Source of the DNA: Mobula hypostoma
Lineage: Eukaryota
Length of the DNA stretch: 64,000 bases
Direction of reading: 5' to 3'
Assembly (NCBI RefSeq): GCF_963921235.1
Contig: NC_086097.1
Location: 80,416,001-80,480,000 of the forward strand
Position numbers and translations under genes: made by a program. Shown here piece by piece: positions 26,165-38,248 of the stretch. The notes beneath the pieces are model-generated. The model worked only from the letters and a program-made list of their open reading frames with translations. It did not search any database and was not told the DNA's origin. The first letter of the stretch is position 1. Every line of letters starts with the position of its first letter.

Positions 26165-27310
26165 AGGCTATGAGTTCAAATCCTAGCAAAATAGTTGTAT
26201 CATCACCAAATTTATAGATGGTACTTGAGCTATACCTAGCCACACAGTCATGGGTATAGAGAGAGTAGAGCAGTGGGCTAAGCACACACTCCTGAGGTGC
26301 ACCATTTTTGATCGACAGCAAGGAGGAAATGTTATTACCAGTCTGCACAGATTGTGGTCTTTTGGTTAGGAAGTTGAGGATCCAATTGCAGAAGGAGGTA
26401 CAGGGACCCAGGTCTGCAACTTATCAATCAGAATTGTGGGAATGATGGTGTTAAATGCTGAGCTATTGTCAATGAACAGCATCCTGACATAGGTGTTTGT
26501 ATTATCCAGGTGGTCTAAGGCCGTGTGAAGAGCCATTGAGATTGCATCCGCCATTGACCTATTGTGGCGATAGACAAATTGCAGTCGGTCCAGGTCCTTG
26601 CTGAGGCAGGAGTTCAGTCTAGTCATGACCAACCTCTAAAGCATTTCATCACTGTAGATGTGAGTGCTATTGGGCGATTGTCGTTAAGGCAGCTCACATT
26701 ATTCTTCTTAGGCACTGGTATAATTGCTGCCTTTTTGAAGCAAGTGGGGCTTCTGCCTGTAGCAGTGAGAGGTTGAAAATGTCCTTGAATACTCTAGCTA
26801 GTTGGTTGGCTCAAGCTTTCAGAGCCTTACCAGATAATCCATCAGGGCCTTCTGCTTTACGAGGGTCCACCCTCTTTAAAGACAGCCTAACATCAGCCTC
26901 TGAGACAGAGATCACAGGGTCATCAGGTGCAGCAGGGATCTTCACAGCTGTAGTTATATTCTCCCTTTCAAAGCGTGCATAGAAGGCATTGAGTTCTTCT
27001 GGTAGTGAAGCATCACTGCCTTTCACGCTATTGGGTTTTGCTTTGTAGGAAGTAATGTCTTGCAAACCTTGTGAGAGTTGTTGTACATTCGATGTCACCT
27101 CCAACCTCGTTCAAAATTGTCTCTTCGCCCTTGAAGTAGCCCTCTGCAACTCATACTTGGTTTTCTGATACAGACCTGGGTCACCAGACATGAATGCCAC
27201 AGATCTAGCTTTCAGCAGACAACGTACCTCCTGGTTCATCCACAGCTTTTGGTTTGGGAATGCACAGGTAGTCTTTGTAGGCACACACACATCCACACAG
27301 GTTTTGCCAC
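26165..27310 (-). mobile_element. Rex1/Babar LINE internal fragment (RT)
   Basis: [67 protein letters not shown]. Confidence 0.85.
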
Positions 27311-27429
27311 ATAGTGATGCCTCTGGAGTGAGACTTTTCCCTAAAGCATAGTGCCCCCTTACACAATAGGAGATGCGGAGACGGCCAATTTGAGGATAAT
27401 GTAAGGATGTGAAGCATACCCAAAACTAA

Positions 27430-28915
27430 GGTTCTATTGCCTTTGTCAGAGCTGGGGAGCAGCCAATACCTGCCAAAAGAACATCTGCAGGCATTCTGAC
27501 CTCTGCAAGGGACTGGCAGCTGTTGATGGACCTTGAAGGGCAGCTGAAGTTCCACAACCATATGGCAGCCACCACCCTGCAACCAGACATTGTCCTAATG
27601 TCTGAGTCTACTAAGCAAGTGGTGCTGCTGGAGCTGACAGTCCCATGGAAAGATAGCTTGGAGGAGGCCTTTGAAAGGTGTGACAAGAATACACATAGAT
27701 AAGATGTTAGCTGTCCTGTGTGATCAGCAGTTGGTCTGCCACCTGTCTTCAAGAGAGAGATAAGGAACACAATGAAACAGCATCTGGAGATGTGTAATGA
27801 AGGGACGGGAGAGAGCGAGCTGTCTGGAGCGGCTCCCCCTTTGAACCCTGAACTGTTTGAAGTGATGGACAGGCGATACCCCAGCAGGGGGATAAAAAGG
27901 GACCGGTTCGCTAAGGCAGGACACACACGACACCCGAGGTAACGAGACCCTGGAAGCAGTGCGCCTCTCACGAGTCGGTGGGAAGTATTGGACAACGCAC
28001 AGGGTGGAAAGGTACGATCAGCAGGAACCCGGTGTGTGTCCGCCCTTGCTTGGGTACCGGGTTCACTGCAGAGGATCGACCGCATCTGGAGGAGGGGTCA
28101 CAGTCGGTGACCTCAGGTGACATCACCAAGGACCTGCCCAAAAGCTGCTTGTGAGCAATTATCGCCGGTCTGTGAGTGGAAGCTGTTTCTGAATAATCAG
28201 TCGTTCCCGTTCTCTCTCTCTCTCTCTCCCCCCACGTTGTCCATCGCCATGGCAACGATTACTGCGAACTGAACTACTAAATTGGACTGAACTTTGTGTC
28301 ACTTTGAAATTGGTCATTTATCCCTAGACAACGATAGAGCTTGATTGATGCTGTTATCTTAATTCTGTGCACATGTGTGTTTATCATTGCTGAACTGTTG
28401 CATTTATTATCCTTTCGACTACTGTGTTGCTTGTTTCTTTAATAAAACTTTCTTAGTTCTAGTAATCCAGACTCCAACTGAGTGATCCATTTCTGCTGGT
28501 TTGGCAACCCAGTTACGGGGTACGTAACAAAGGAAGCTCTCCAAGTACACAGGACTAGTCAGCAACTGTCAGCAGGCTGGATGGAGAGTGAGGCGTCTCC
28601 CAGTGGAGGTTGGTTGCAGGGGATTCATAGCCCATTCTTGAGTTAGGGCCTTCAGCATTTTGGGCATCCAGGGAGAGAGGAAGAGGAGAGCCATCTGCAG
28701 CACCACCAATGCAGCAGAGAGGGCCTCAAGATGGCTGTGGCTCAAAAGAAGGGAGACATGGAGTCGTAAGTAGCTAGCCATCTGAACACAAGCTGGGGTC
28801 TGATCAGCCCTGCCTGGGTCACCTGGAGGAGGTTGTATGATGTTGAAAGACCCGAAACACCCGATGATTCCAGGAACATCACTGAAGATGTGTCCAGAAG
28901 CATCAATAGATGTAT
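27430..28915 (+). mobile_element. HERO-like non-LTR retrotransposon 3' end (restriction-like endonuclease), split by a solo LTR
   Basis: TTLQPDIVLMSESTKQVVLLELTVPWKDSLEEAFER, then the LTR, then KLSKYTGLVSNCQQAGWR..PVEVGCRGF..AERASRWLWLKR. This is the PD..E..K RLE signature. Confidence 0.75.
27679..28529 (+). mobile_element. Solo LTR (851 bp)
   Basis: TGTGAC...GTAACA ends. 4-bp TSD AAGG at 27675-27678 and 28530-28533. GATAAAA at ~27891 and AATAAA at 28441. Confidence 0.85.
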
Positions 28916-29391
28916 GTACACAGTCTTTACTAACTTCAAAATATCATCGGCTGTCCACTTGAAGTTTCAATTGATTTTAACACTCCTATTGTGAATTTTG
29001 ATTGATCATGCGAGTAAAGAATTTAAACATATACAATTTACAACGATCAATATCTGTAACTGATAAGCCAATTCTGTATAAAAATCACAATATTCCTTTC
29101 AGACTTCAGCACAGTGTGGGTGACACTGTTCTCCTTGTGCACAAGTTATGTAAAAAGAATGCTTGAATTGGAAGGGTGCGTTTATTTTGGGGCCAGTTAT
29201 TTTAGGTATTTTACTTCGTATTACTATTGGTGAAAGCAGTGACTTTGACAGATGGATAGGAAAGGTTTGGAGGGATATGGGCCAAATAGAGGCAATTCAG
29301 AATCAGAATCAGGTGTATTATCATCGGCATATGTTGCGAAATTTGTTGTTTGGGACTAGCTTAGATGGGCCTTTTAGTCATGGTTGAGTTA

Positions 29392-29525
29392 GAAACATAG
29401 AAAACCTACAGCACAATACAGGCCCATCAGCCCACAATGCTGTGCTGAACATGTACTTACTTCAGAAACTACCCGCGATTACCCATAGCCCTCTATTTTT
29501 CTAACCTCCATGTACCTATCCAGTT
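29392..29525 (-). mobile_element. CR1 3' tail fragment
   Basis: (CATAGAAA) tail and LDRYMEVRKIEGYG; same 3' end as the copies at 6418 and 22675. Confidence 0.75.
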
Positions 29526-30351
29526 CAGACATCCCACTTCTCCCGGAAGTTCCAGGAGTCTCCTTCAAATTAATAGTGGCTCCCTGATGCCCGCAAATTA
29601 TATACAATGTCCCGGAAATTGATTTTTTTGAGAGCGAGTGTGAGAGAACGCGCGAGAGAGAGAGCGAGAGAGCGAGCGCAAAAGCAAGAAAGCAAGCGCG
29701 AGAGAGAGTGAGTGACCATGAGAGAGAGAGCGAGAGAGCGAGAGTGAGAGAGAGAGGGAATGAGAGCAAGAGCGAGAAAGCAAGCGCGAGAGAGAGTGAG
29801 AGCGAGAAAGCAAGCACGAGAGAGCGAGAAAGCAAGCACGAGAGAGCGAGAGCAAGAGCGAGAAAGCAAGCACGAGAGAGTGAGAAAGCAAGCAAGAGAG
29901 CGAGAGCAAGAGCAATAGCGAAAGTGAGAGCGAGAAAGCAAGCGCGAGAGAGAGAGAGCACGTGATAGAGAGAGAGCAAAAGCGAGAGCGAGAGAGTTCC
30001 AAAAAAAGTCAGAGTGGCAGAGTGTTCCAAAAAAAAATAACACGTACATCACCCCAGATTACACTAAAGTGTACCCCTGCCTAATGGGGGACAAAAATAA
30101 TGACAGTGTTTCTCACTGCACTGTTCGCAACAGTGACTTTTCTATTGCCCACGGTGGGTTAAAATGTAAAAGACATGTTGAGGTGAGTTTAACAGGTGTC
30201 ATTCGTTCATTAGCATAGCTAACGTTATTTTAACTAGCTGACCAGCTGCTAAGGAGCTACTCTATTGCAAACATCCCACCTCTCCCGGAAGTCTCCCGCA
30301 AATTGATGATGCCACCTCCCTGAAAGGAGTTTTTGCAGGGTGGGATGTCTG
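29526..30351 (+). mobile_element. Non-autonomous hAT-like DNA transposon with a 6-bp TSD
   Basis: 12-bp TIRs CAGACATCCCAC / GTGGGATGTCTG. TSD CCAGTT at 29520-29525 and 30352-30357. BED-finger-like remnant CTVRNSDFSIAHGGLKCKRHVE at 30117-30182. Confidence 0.8.
29630..29996. repeat. Compound GA-rich microsatellite/minisatellite (GAGAGC / GAGAAAGCAAGC units)
   Basis: Directly visible, inside the hAT element. Confidence 0.9.
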
Positions 30352-32218
30352 CCAGTTGAGCAGACATGGAGGTCTAATTCTGTACTGTATTGCTCTCTGA
30401 ATCTACATAAAGCAATACACAAGAATCTGACACTAGCCAGACCAACAAAACTAGATTGGAGACTCCTTTGTCGATCATTCTTTCCACCACCCGTGTACCG
30501 CACCACTTTGTGTACAAGCAGGCTGCAACAATTTGCCAAGGTCTATTTGACAGCACCTCTCAAAATCAAAAATGTCTATCTCCAAAAAAGGCTGCTATGG
30601 CAGCAACTGCAAATGGGCATTCTTACCAATATAACTTTGGGGGAAAATATACCGTCCCTTCTTTGTTATCAAAACCCCGGAATTTCCTTTCTGTATCTTC
30701 ACCATGCAGATTGCATTGTTATAAGGAGGCAGCAGTAGTGGCTTTTCAGGAGGACTGTCAGATTAAATGACAAATACCATCCTCGTCACTGACACCCACA
30801 TCTCCTGAAAATGTAGGGAACGTGTAGATTGCTGACTACATGCAGTATCAGGACCATTAACTGGGAATGCTTGAGGCCAGAGGTAGCAAGCAGAGACTGA
30901 GCATTTCTTAGGTATGTTCCCCTGGGGTTTGTGTGTCATGATGCAGGACAGGAGGCTCGAAGGCAATTGCAGACCAATGTCTGAGAAACTTGGGGTGGAG
31001 CGCCTTGGAGTCTGAGGGCAATGTAATCTTGCATGGCAGTGCTGTTTTCTGACATGTTTGGCTCCCTTGACATGACAGCACTGTGGATATTCTTGACAAA
31101 CTATGCTTCTGATGTGTCTACATAATGACTTGACAGCAATCACAAGGCATTTGGATGTTCATTAAGGATTAAAAATTCCAGTTGTTAATATTATGGGACA
31201 CTAATAGCAGCTTGGACAGCGGCTCAGAATTCCTTCATGATTGCCTCTTCTACTGCTTTTGCTTGCCGGCACTCTTTGGTGCATTTGGCAATGAAATGGA
31301 ATAGGGGCCCTGTGGCCTGGGCGATGTTATGACAAATGGCATACTGCCTGATCATCCTCAACTCTCTTGTCATTGCCTGGAAGAAGCTTGCAGCCAGGAA
31401 GGAGGTTGATTGCTGTCAGCAATGTCACTGCTGCTAAGCAGCATTGTGGATAGCTGCTTAATCTCCTCGGCAGACATTGACAGTCCTACATTCTGAGGAA
31501 AAACACTTAAAATTTGAAATGAGAAAACAGATAATCTTAACAACCTCCGTTAAAGGACAAGGATGGTGGCATGTTGCTTATAAACAAATTTGTGGTTCAC
31601 CCTGCTAAGAGCAAACTTTTACGATGTGCACAAAAATGAAAAATTCAAAGCATTTTGGACTATTACCTCAGCTCACTACCTATTTTTTGTGTTTATAAAG
31701 TCTGTCAAAGAAACCATGTGACAGGATACTTGAACTTTAGTGCAAAATGGTAATGAAGCTGATTTCCGAATGCTAAAATAGAAGAATAGGAAAATAAGAG
31801 AAATCAATTACATTTCAGCAATTGGAAAACTCTAGGCAGAAACCAGGTATTCAAGCAGTTGAAATCAGCTGGGTGATTTGGGCTTGATTACAGTGTTTTC
31901 TCTCATTATCTTGAATGTTAATCTGATTTCTATGCTGCTGCCAAGGGCACTGCTCTCTTTGTATCCGTCTGTATTTTCATCTGATATTCTGGTATATTGC
32001 TTCCCTATCTTATGAAGATAACAAGAGGATATGGTTTCAATGGAGGTTCTAGAAGGCTCCTTAATCAACAGAGGGAGAAAGGGATAGGCCACATGCTGTC
32101 ATAGAAACCTACACCAAGGAAACAGAACTATTGAACCATTAGTTTGCATACTTATTCACTCATTCCTTTTGTTCTCCGCACATTTCCGTTTTCAAGAACA
32201 TCTTGGGAAGTTTACAAA

Positions 32219-35200
32219 CCATAAGACCATAAGATATGGAAGCAGAAGTAGGCCATTCAGCCCATTAAGTCTGCTCCACCATTCAATCATGGGCTGATCC
32301 AATTCTTCCAGTTATCCCCATTCCCCTGCTTTCACCCCATACCCCTTGATGCCCTGGCTAATCAAGAACCTATCTATCTCTGCCTTAAATACACCCAATC
32401 ACTTGGCCTCCAAAGCTGCTCGTGGTAACAGATTCCACAGACTTACCACCCTCTGACTAAAGTAATTTCTCTGCATCTCAGTTCTAAAAGGACATCCTTC
32501 AATCCTGAATTCGTGCTCTCTCGTCCTAGAATCCCCTACCATGGGAAATAAATTGACCATATCAAATCTGTTCAGGCCTTTTAACATTCAGAATATTTCT
32601 ATGAGATCCCCCCTCATTCTCCTGAACTCCAGGGAATACAGCCCAAGAGCTGCCAGACATTCCTCATATGGTAACTCTTTCATTCCTGGAATCAATTTCC
32701 TGAATCTTCTCTGAATCCTCTCCAATGTAAGTATATCTTTTCTAAAATAAGGAGCCCATAACTGCACACAATACTCCAAGTGTGGTCTCACGAGTGCCTT
32801 ATAGAACCTCAACATCACATCCCTGCTCTTATATTCTATACCTCTAGAAATGAATACCAACATTGCATTCGCCTTCTTCACAACCGACTCAACCTGGAGG
32901 TTAACCTTTAGGGCATCTTGCACAAGGACTCCCAAGTCCCTTTGTACCTCTGCATTTTGAATTCTCTCCCCATCTAAATAATAGTCTGCCCATTTATTTC
33001 TTCCATCAAAGTGCATGGCCATACAATTTCCAACGATGTATTTCATTGGCCACTTCTTTGCCCATTCCTTAAACTATCTAAGTCTCTCTGTTTCCTCAAC
33101 ACTATCCGCTCCTCCACTTATCTTTGTATCATTGGCAAATTTAGCCACAAATCCATTAATAGCATAGTCCGAATCACTGACATACATTGTAATAAGTAGT
33201 CCGACCCTGTGGAACTTCACTGGTAACCGGCAGCCAGCCAGAATAAAATCCCTTTATTCCCACTCTGTTTTCTGCTGACCAGCCAATGCTCCATCCACAC
33301 TAGTAACTTTCCTGTAATTCCATGGGCTCTTATCTTGCTAAGCAGCCTTATGTGCGGCATCTTGTCAAAGCTCTTCTGAAAATCCAAGTACACCACGTCT
33401 ACTGCATCTCCTTTGTCTATCCTACTTGTAATTTCCTCAAAAAATTGCAGTAGGTTTGTCAGGCAGGATTTTCCTTTCAGGAAACCATGCTGGCTTTGGC
33501 CTACCTTGTCATGTGCCTCCAGGTACTCTGTAATCTCATCCCTAACAATCAATTCCAACAACTTCCCAACCACTGACATCAGTCTAACAGGTCTATAGAT
33601 TCCGTTCTGCTGTCTCCCACCCTTCTTAAATAGCAGAGTAACATCTGCAATTTTATAATTTATACTTTATACTTTATTGTCGGCAAACAATTGATACTAG
33701 AACGTACAATCATCACAGCGATATTTGATTCTGCGCTTCCCGCTCCCTGGATTACAAAACAATAGTAAATATTAAAAATCTAAATTATAAATCATAAATA
33801 GAAAATAGGAAAATGGAAAGTTACGTTAGTGCAAAAAAACCGAGAGGCGGGTCTGGATATTTGGAGGGTACGGCCCAGATCCGGGTGGGGATCTGTTCAG
33901 CAGTCTTATCACAGTTGGAAAGAAGCTGTTCCCAAATCTGGTCGTATGAGTCTTCAAGCTCCTGAGCCTTCTCCCAGAGGGAAGAGGGACGAAAAGTGTG
34001 TTGGCTGGGTGGGTCATGTCCTTGATTATCCTGGCAGCACTGCTCCGACAGCATGCAGTGTAAAGTAAGTCCAAGGACGGAAGATTGGTTTGTGTGATGT
34101 GCTGTGCCATGTTCACGATCTTCTGCAGCTTCTTTCGGTCTTGGACAGGACAACTTCCATATCAGGTTGTGATGCATCCTAGAAGAATGCTTTCTACGGT
34201 GCATCTATAAAAATTAGTGAGGGTTTTAGGGGACAGGCCAAATTTCTTTAGTTTTCTCAAGAAGTAACGGCGCTTGTGGGCCTTCTTGGCAGTGAACTCT
34301 GCTTGGTTGGACCAAGTCAGGTCATTTGTGATATTGACCCCGAGGAACTTAAAGCTTTTGACCTGTTCCACTTGTGCACCACCGATGTAAATTGGGTGGC
34401 GTGGTCTACTACTCCTTCTGAAGTCAACAACCAATTCCTTCGTCTTGCTGACGTTGAGGGATAGGTTATTGTCTTCGCACCATGCCACCAGGTTCTTAAT
34501 TTCCTCTCTGTACTCAAACTCATCATTACCCAAGATACGGCCTGCAATTGTTGTGTCATCAGCAAACTTCTATATTGAGTTCGATGGAAACTTTCCAGTC
34601 ATCCAGTACAATGCTAGAATCTATCAAGGAGACTTATCCACCCTCAGACCATTAAGTTTCCTGAGCACTTTCTCCGTCATAATTGTCACTGCACAAACTT
34701 CACTTCCCTGAGCTCTTGAATGTCTGGTATACTGCAGACGTCTTCCACTGTGAAGACCGATGCAAAATACACATTCAGTTCCTCTGCCATCTCTGCACCT
34801 CTCATTGCAATATCTCCAGCGTCATTTTCTATTGGTCCTATATCTACTCTCGACTCTCTTTAACCTTTATATACTTAAAAAAAGCTTTTAAAATCCTCTT
34901 TGATATTAGCCACCAGCTTCCTTTCATAATTCATCTTTTCCTTCCTAATGACTATCTTAGTTTCTTTCTGCAAGTTTTTAAAAGCTCCCAATCCTTTATC
35001 TTCCTACTAGATCTGACTTCCTCATATGCCCTGTCTTTTGCTTTTACTTGGTCTCTGACCTTCACTTGTCAGCCACGGTAGTGTCCTTCTGCCCTTTAAA
35101 AATTTCTTCTTATTTGGAATATATCTGTCTTGCACTTCCCTCATTTTTCGCAGAAATTCTAGCCATTGCTGCTCTGCTGTCCTTCCTGTAAAAGTCTCTT

Positions 35201-35640
35201 TCCAGTCAAATTTGGCCAGTTCCCCTCTCATGCCATTGTATTTTCCTTTATACCACTGAAATACCGACACATTGGATTTTATTTTTTTCCCTGTCAAATT
35301 TCAATGTGAACTCAATCATATTGTGATCACTGTTCCCTAAAGGTTCTTTAACCTTAAGCTCCCTTATCACTTCCGGATCATTGCACAACACCTAATCTAG
35401 TGCAGCCAATCCCCTAGTGGGCTCAACAACAAGCTGTTCTAAAAATCCATCCCTTAGACATTCTACAAATTCTCTCTCTTCAAGTCTAGTACTGAGCTGG
35501 TTTTCCCAATCCACTTTCATGTTAAAATTGTAACGATTATCATGACATTGCCTTTCTAACACACCGTTTCTATCTCCTGCCATAATTTGTAATCCACATC
35601 CTGGCTTCTGTTTGGAGGGCTGCATACAACTGTATACAGT
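32219..35640 (-). mobile_element. CR1 LINE (EN remnant, RT, 3' end) split by a Rex1 insertion
   Basis: (CATAAGA)n tail at 32219. ORFs 32588-33046, 33217-33579, 35022-35297 and 35392-35676 carry CR1 motifs. Confidence 0.85.
33655..34590 (-). mobile_element. Rex1/Babar LINE 3' portion
   Basis: YREEIKNLVAWCEDNNLSLNVSKTKELVVDFR..FKFLGV..FYRCTVESIL and LPSGRRLRSL..TTRFGNSFFP. (TATACTT)n tail. Confidence 0.85.
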
Positions 35641-35719
35641 GGGCAATTGTTCTCTTGTCTGGAGGAAAAGTGACATATTTGAAAAACTCTAACACAATTG
35701 TAATTTTTTTAATACACTA

Positions 35720-36458
35720 CGTAGCCCCCTGGTAAGCCTCAGGCTCGCTCAGCTCGCTTTTGTCTAGGGGAGCAGCCTGCAGCCCCACCACCCCGCCAAA
35801 CTGGGTAATCAAGTTTGTGTGGATGCTGTGTGATGTATCCCACCCCGCCAAATAACAGACACCATATGCGATTAAATGATTACACTTTATAGGTCTTACC
35901 GGAAGTATGTAATTAACAATGTTAAAATATAGAAGGGAAATAAAATAAAATATAAAAGGAAAATAAAAGGCGCCAAACTTATCAGAGTTCAACCACTTCG
36001 TGCACAACCGTTGGAGCTCAAGTAACGGAGTCTTCTTTCCACCATCCGATCTCCTCCGACCTCCTCGACCCGCCACCTGGGACCAACCACGGTAATCGAC
36101 CAGATGCTGCACATGAGTCTGTCTTCGTCTCCTCTCCTCGCCGAAGACCCTTGACCTCGGACTCCCGCTCAGGTTCGGTCCCACCGTCCAGGGTCACAGC
36201 ATCGCGTCTCCTCTCTCTGTCCCCATCGCGCCTTCTGCCTCAAAGCCCGCGAAAAATAGCTTACAGACACACAAGAAAGAATAACACCAATCCCAATTGA
36301 TTAGCAAATGAATACAATTCTTTTTATAACCCAAACAAGCTGCTAGTGAGAGAACTTTCTCAGCAGTTATTATTACAGAAAAGCCATTTTAATTACAACA
36401 TAACAAAGAAGCCATTTTTTTAGCCTTCGTGGTAACATAAAAGAAGAAACCCCTTACA
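35720..36458 (-). repeat. 3' LTR of the myosin-carrying Gypsy element
   Basis: Direct repeat of 38988-39701 with scattered substitutions and small indels. Confidence 0.92.
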
Positions 36459-36472
36459 CTCTTCCCCCCACC
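36459..36472 (-). promoter_or_regulatory. Polypurine tract
   Basis: Minus strand GGTGGGGGGAAGAG directly upstream of the 3' LTR. Confidence 0.85.
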
Positions 36473-36751
36473 AAATAAAGTCATGTCCTCATGACTTCTA
36501 AATAACTCGCCAACCACCCCTGCAGACACAAAAACCCAATCCAGGTACGAACAGTCACATTGCTCCCCAAACAGTAGTCCTTACGCCCAGTTCCACAGGC
36601 GCTACACAGGCCAACCTATCTGGGAGTTTCCTAATCCTCCGAGACCTCCATACCTCCTCACCTAAGCCCTTCGTGCAGGGACACTACCGGGGATAGCTCG
36701 GGTCTGCTTGCCAAATCCTCTCTCAAACTCTCACTCAAACCCCCACCGCAA

Positions 36752-38248
36752 CTAGGAGCCCCCTGTCCAGGGCCCTACCTCTTTTCCTTCAGTGTCCTGC
36801 TGTAACCCAGGCTGCCCACAGATAGCCCTCCCCACTACACCTGACTCAGTGGGAGAAGGGCCAAAAGTCTCTTCCTCAATCAAGGGGAAGTTAGCGAAAG
36901 GCAGCATGTACCACACATCCAGCACATCATCTTTCGAATCAGTATTCTTCCTCATTCCCTCGATCGGTAGCTGATGTTTGATTTTCTCCAGAATGAAGCA
37001 CTTAGCCTGGGCTGCCTCTGCAGCCTCTTCAGCCTCCTGCAGTCGAGACGTCAGCTTCTTCTCTGACTCCTCCATCTCTCGCCCCAGTCTCAGCAGTTCT
37101 GACTCACACTTCATGTCCGTCTCCATCAGGGACGCAATTACACCACCAGCTACTTCCAATCTGTTCTGGATTGATTTCTTGAGTTTCTGCTGATCCTTTT
37201 GAAGGTTGGTCATGGTGTTGTCTCTCTGGATTAATTCATCAGTAAATGACCGCAGTTTCGGATTGGAATTACATTTCCCTGTCTCCACTTTGACGAGCAT
37301 GAACTCCAGTTCTTCAATGGTTGTCCAGGGCTCCGGCACTTGTCTCACATCATCGTCCCCAAAGGCAAATCCAAACCCGAGGCGATCATCCACATACGCC
37401 AAAACTCCAAACACCTCCACATCCCCCATGGTCTTCCTCATGCCCCGCGGGAAGGTTGCAAGGGCTGCAGATATGCCCTGGGGCATCTTTTCGGATCGGA
37501 AGAATCCTAGGGGACCTATAACGGCTGTCTTCTCCTTGTCGGCCTCACTCATCAAGATCTGGCAACATCCACTCCTCAGATCCAACACATTAAACCACGT
37601 AGCACCACACAAACAGACCATCTTGTCTTCGGCCCTCAGGACCGTATTCTGGTCAATGACAGTGCGCCTGTTCAGAGTCCTATAATCCACACACACGCTG
37701 CCTACGTCTTCTACTGCTACAGGGGCCAGTCGCCGCGACCTCTCTCTCACTGAGGTATCTTCAGCGGTCAACTCCCCTCCCTCGTGGTATTTCGGAGCGT
37801 CTACTAAGAGGGTCTCACTCTCAGGTACTTCCCCCAGGCTGTACCATAATCGGTTCTCGTTTAAATTCGGCACCGGCCCAAGGCTGCTACACCCGTCCTC
37901 ACAAGCAGCTCGAAATGCTGGGTGCACAGACAATACCCCCATGAACTCCAGTGTCACTGACCAATAATCTTCTTCTGGATAATCACTGGCACTGGTACTC
38001 CAATTCTCCAGTGCCCTTAATGTTGTCAAGGGTAAATGCTTCAGAAACCAGTTGTAAAGCGAACTGTACAACAACTTGACCTGCGCCCCGGTGTTGAGGA
38101 TGGCTTTAGCATAGCTTCCATCTATCCGTAATGACACATGGGGGCGTGGTCCCTCTAAGCCTTCAGGAATAGGGTCTTTTCCTTTCGGAAGTTCCTTGGT
38201 ACATTGCTGGGAACATGCTCCCCCAGAGATCCCAAGCCGTTCCCCCAC
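36752..38248 (-). CDS. Chimeric pol-like ORF (498 aa): inactivated aspartic protease, truncated RT, myosin heavy-chain rod fragments, pol tail
   Basis: AILNTGAQV (DTG to NTG), [38 protein letters not shown], then aa 309-430 myosin-like ([16 protein letters not shown]). Expression and start codon unknown. Confidence 0.7.
   Translation of the reverse strand: MGERLGISGGACSQQCTKELPKGKDPIPEGLEGPRPHVSLRIDGSYAKAILNTGAQVKLLYSSLYNWFLKHLPLTTLRALENWSTSASDYPEEDYWSVTLEFMGVLSVHPAFRAACEDGCSSLGPVPNLNENRLWYSLGEVPESETLLVDAPKYHEGGELTAEDTSVRERSRRLAPVAVEDVGSVCVDYRTLNRRTVIDQNTVLRAEDKMVCLCGATWFNVLDLRSGCCQILMSEADKEKTAVIGPLGFFRSEKMPQGISAALATFPRGMRKTMGDVEVFGVLAYVDDRLGFGFAFGDDDVRQVPEPWTTIEELEFMLVKVETGKCNSNPKLRSFTDELIQRDNTMTNLQKDQQKLKKSIQNRLEVAGGVIASLMETDMKCESELLRLGREMEESEKKLTSRLQEAEEAAEAAQAKCFILEKIKHQLPIEGMRKNTDSKDDVLDVWYMLPFANFPLIEEETFGPSPTESGVVGRAICGQPGLQQDTEGKEVGPWTGGS
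36959..37324 (-). pseudogene. Captured sarcomeric myosin heavy-chain (class II) coiled-coil fragments, possibly MYH16-like
   Basis: Three blocks match myosin rod sequences as recalled: [15 protein letters not shown] ~ [40 protein letters not shown] ~ RLEEAGGATS..EAE(F/L)..[38 protein letters not shown] ~ [31 protein letters not shown]. Confidence 0.85.

Noticed and set aside
28830..28865. Hammerhead-like TGATG..GAAAC in the HERO-like 3' UTR
   Set aside because: Lacks the required CTGANGA core.
29479..30052. Several 85-183 aa Leu/Ser/Ala- or Arg/Glu-rich ORFs
   Set aside because: Translations of the GA-rich microsatellite, not genes.
36959..37324. Exons of a genuine host myosin gene
   Set aside because: The blocks are fused without introns or splice sites, lie between paired LTRs in frame with RT, and no other myosin exons were seen in the window.
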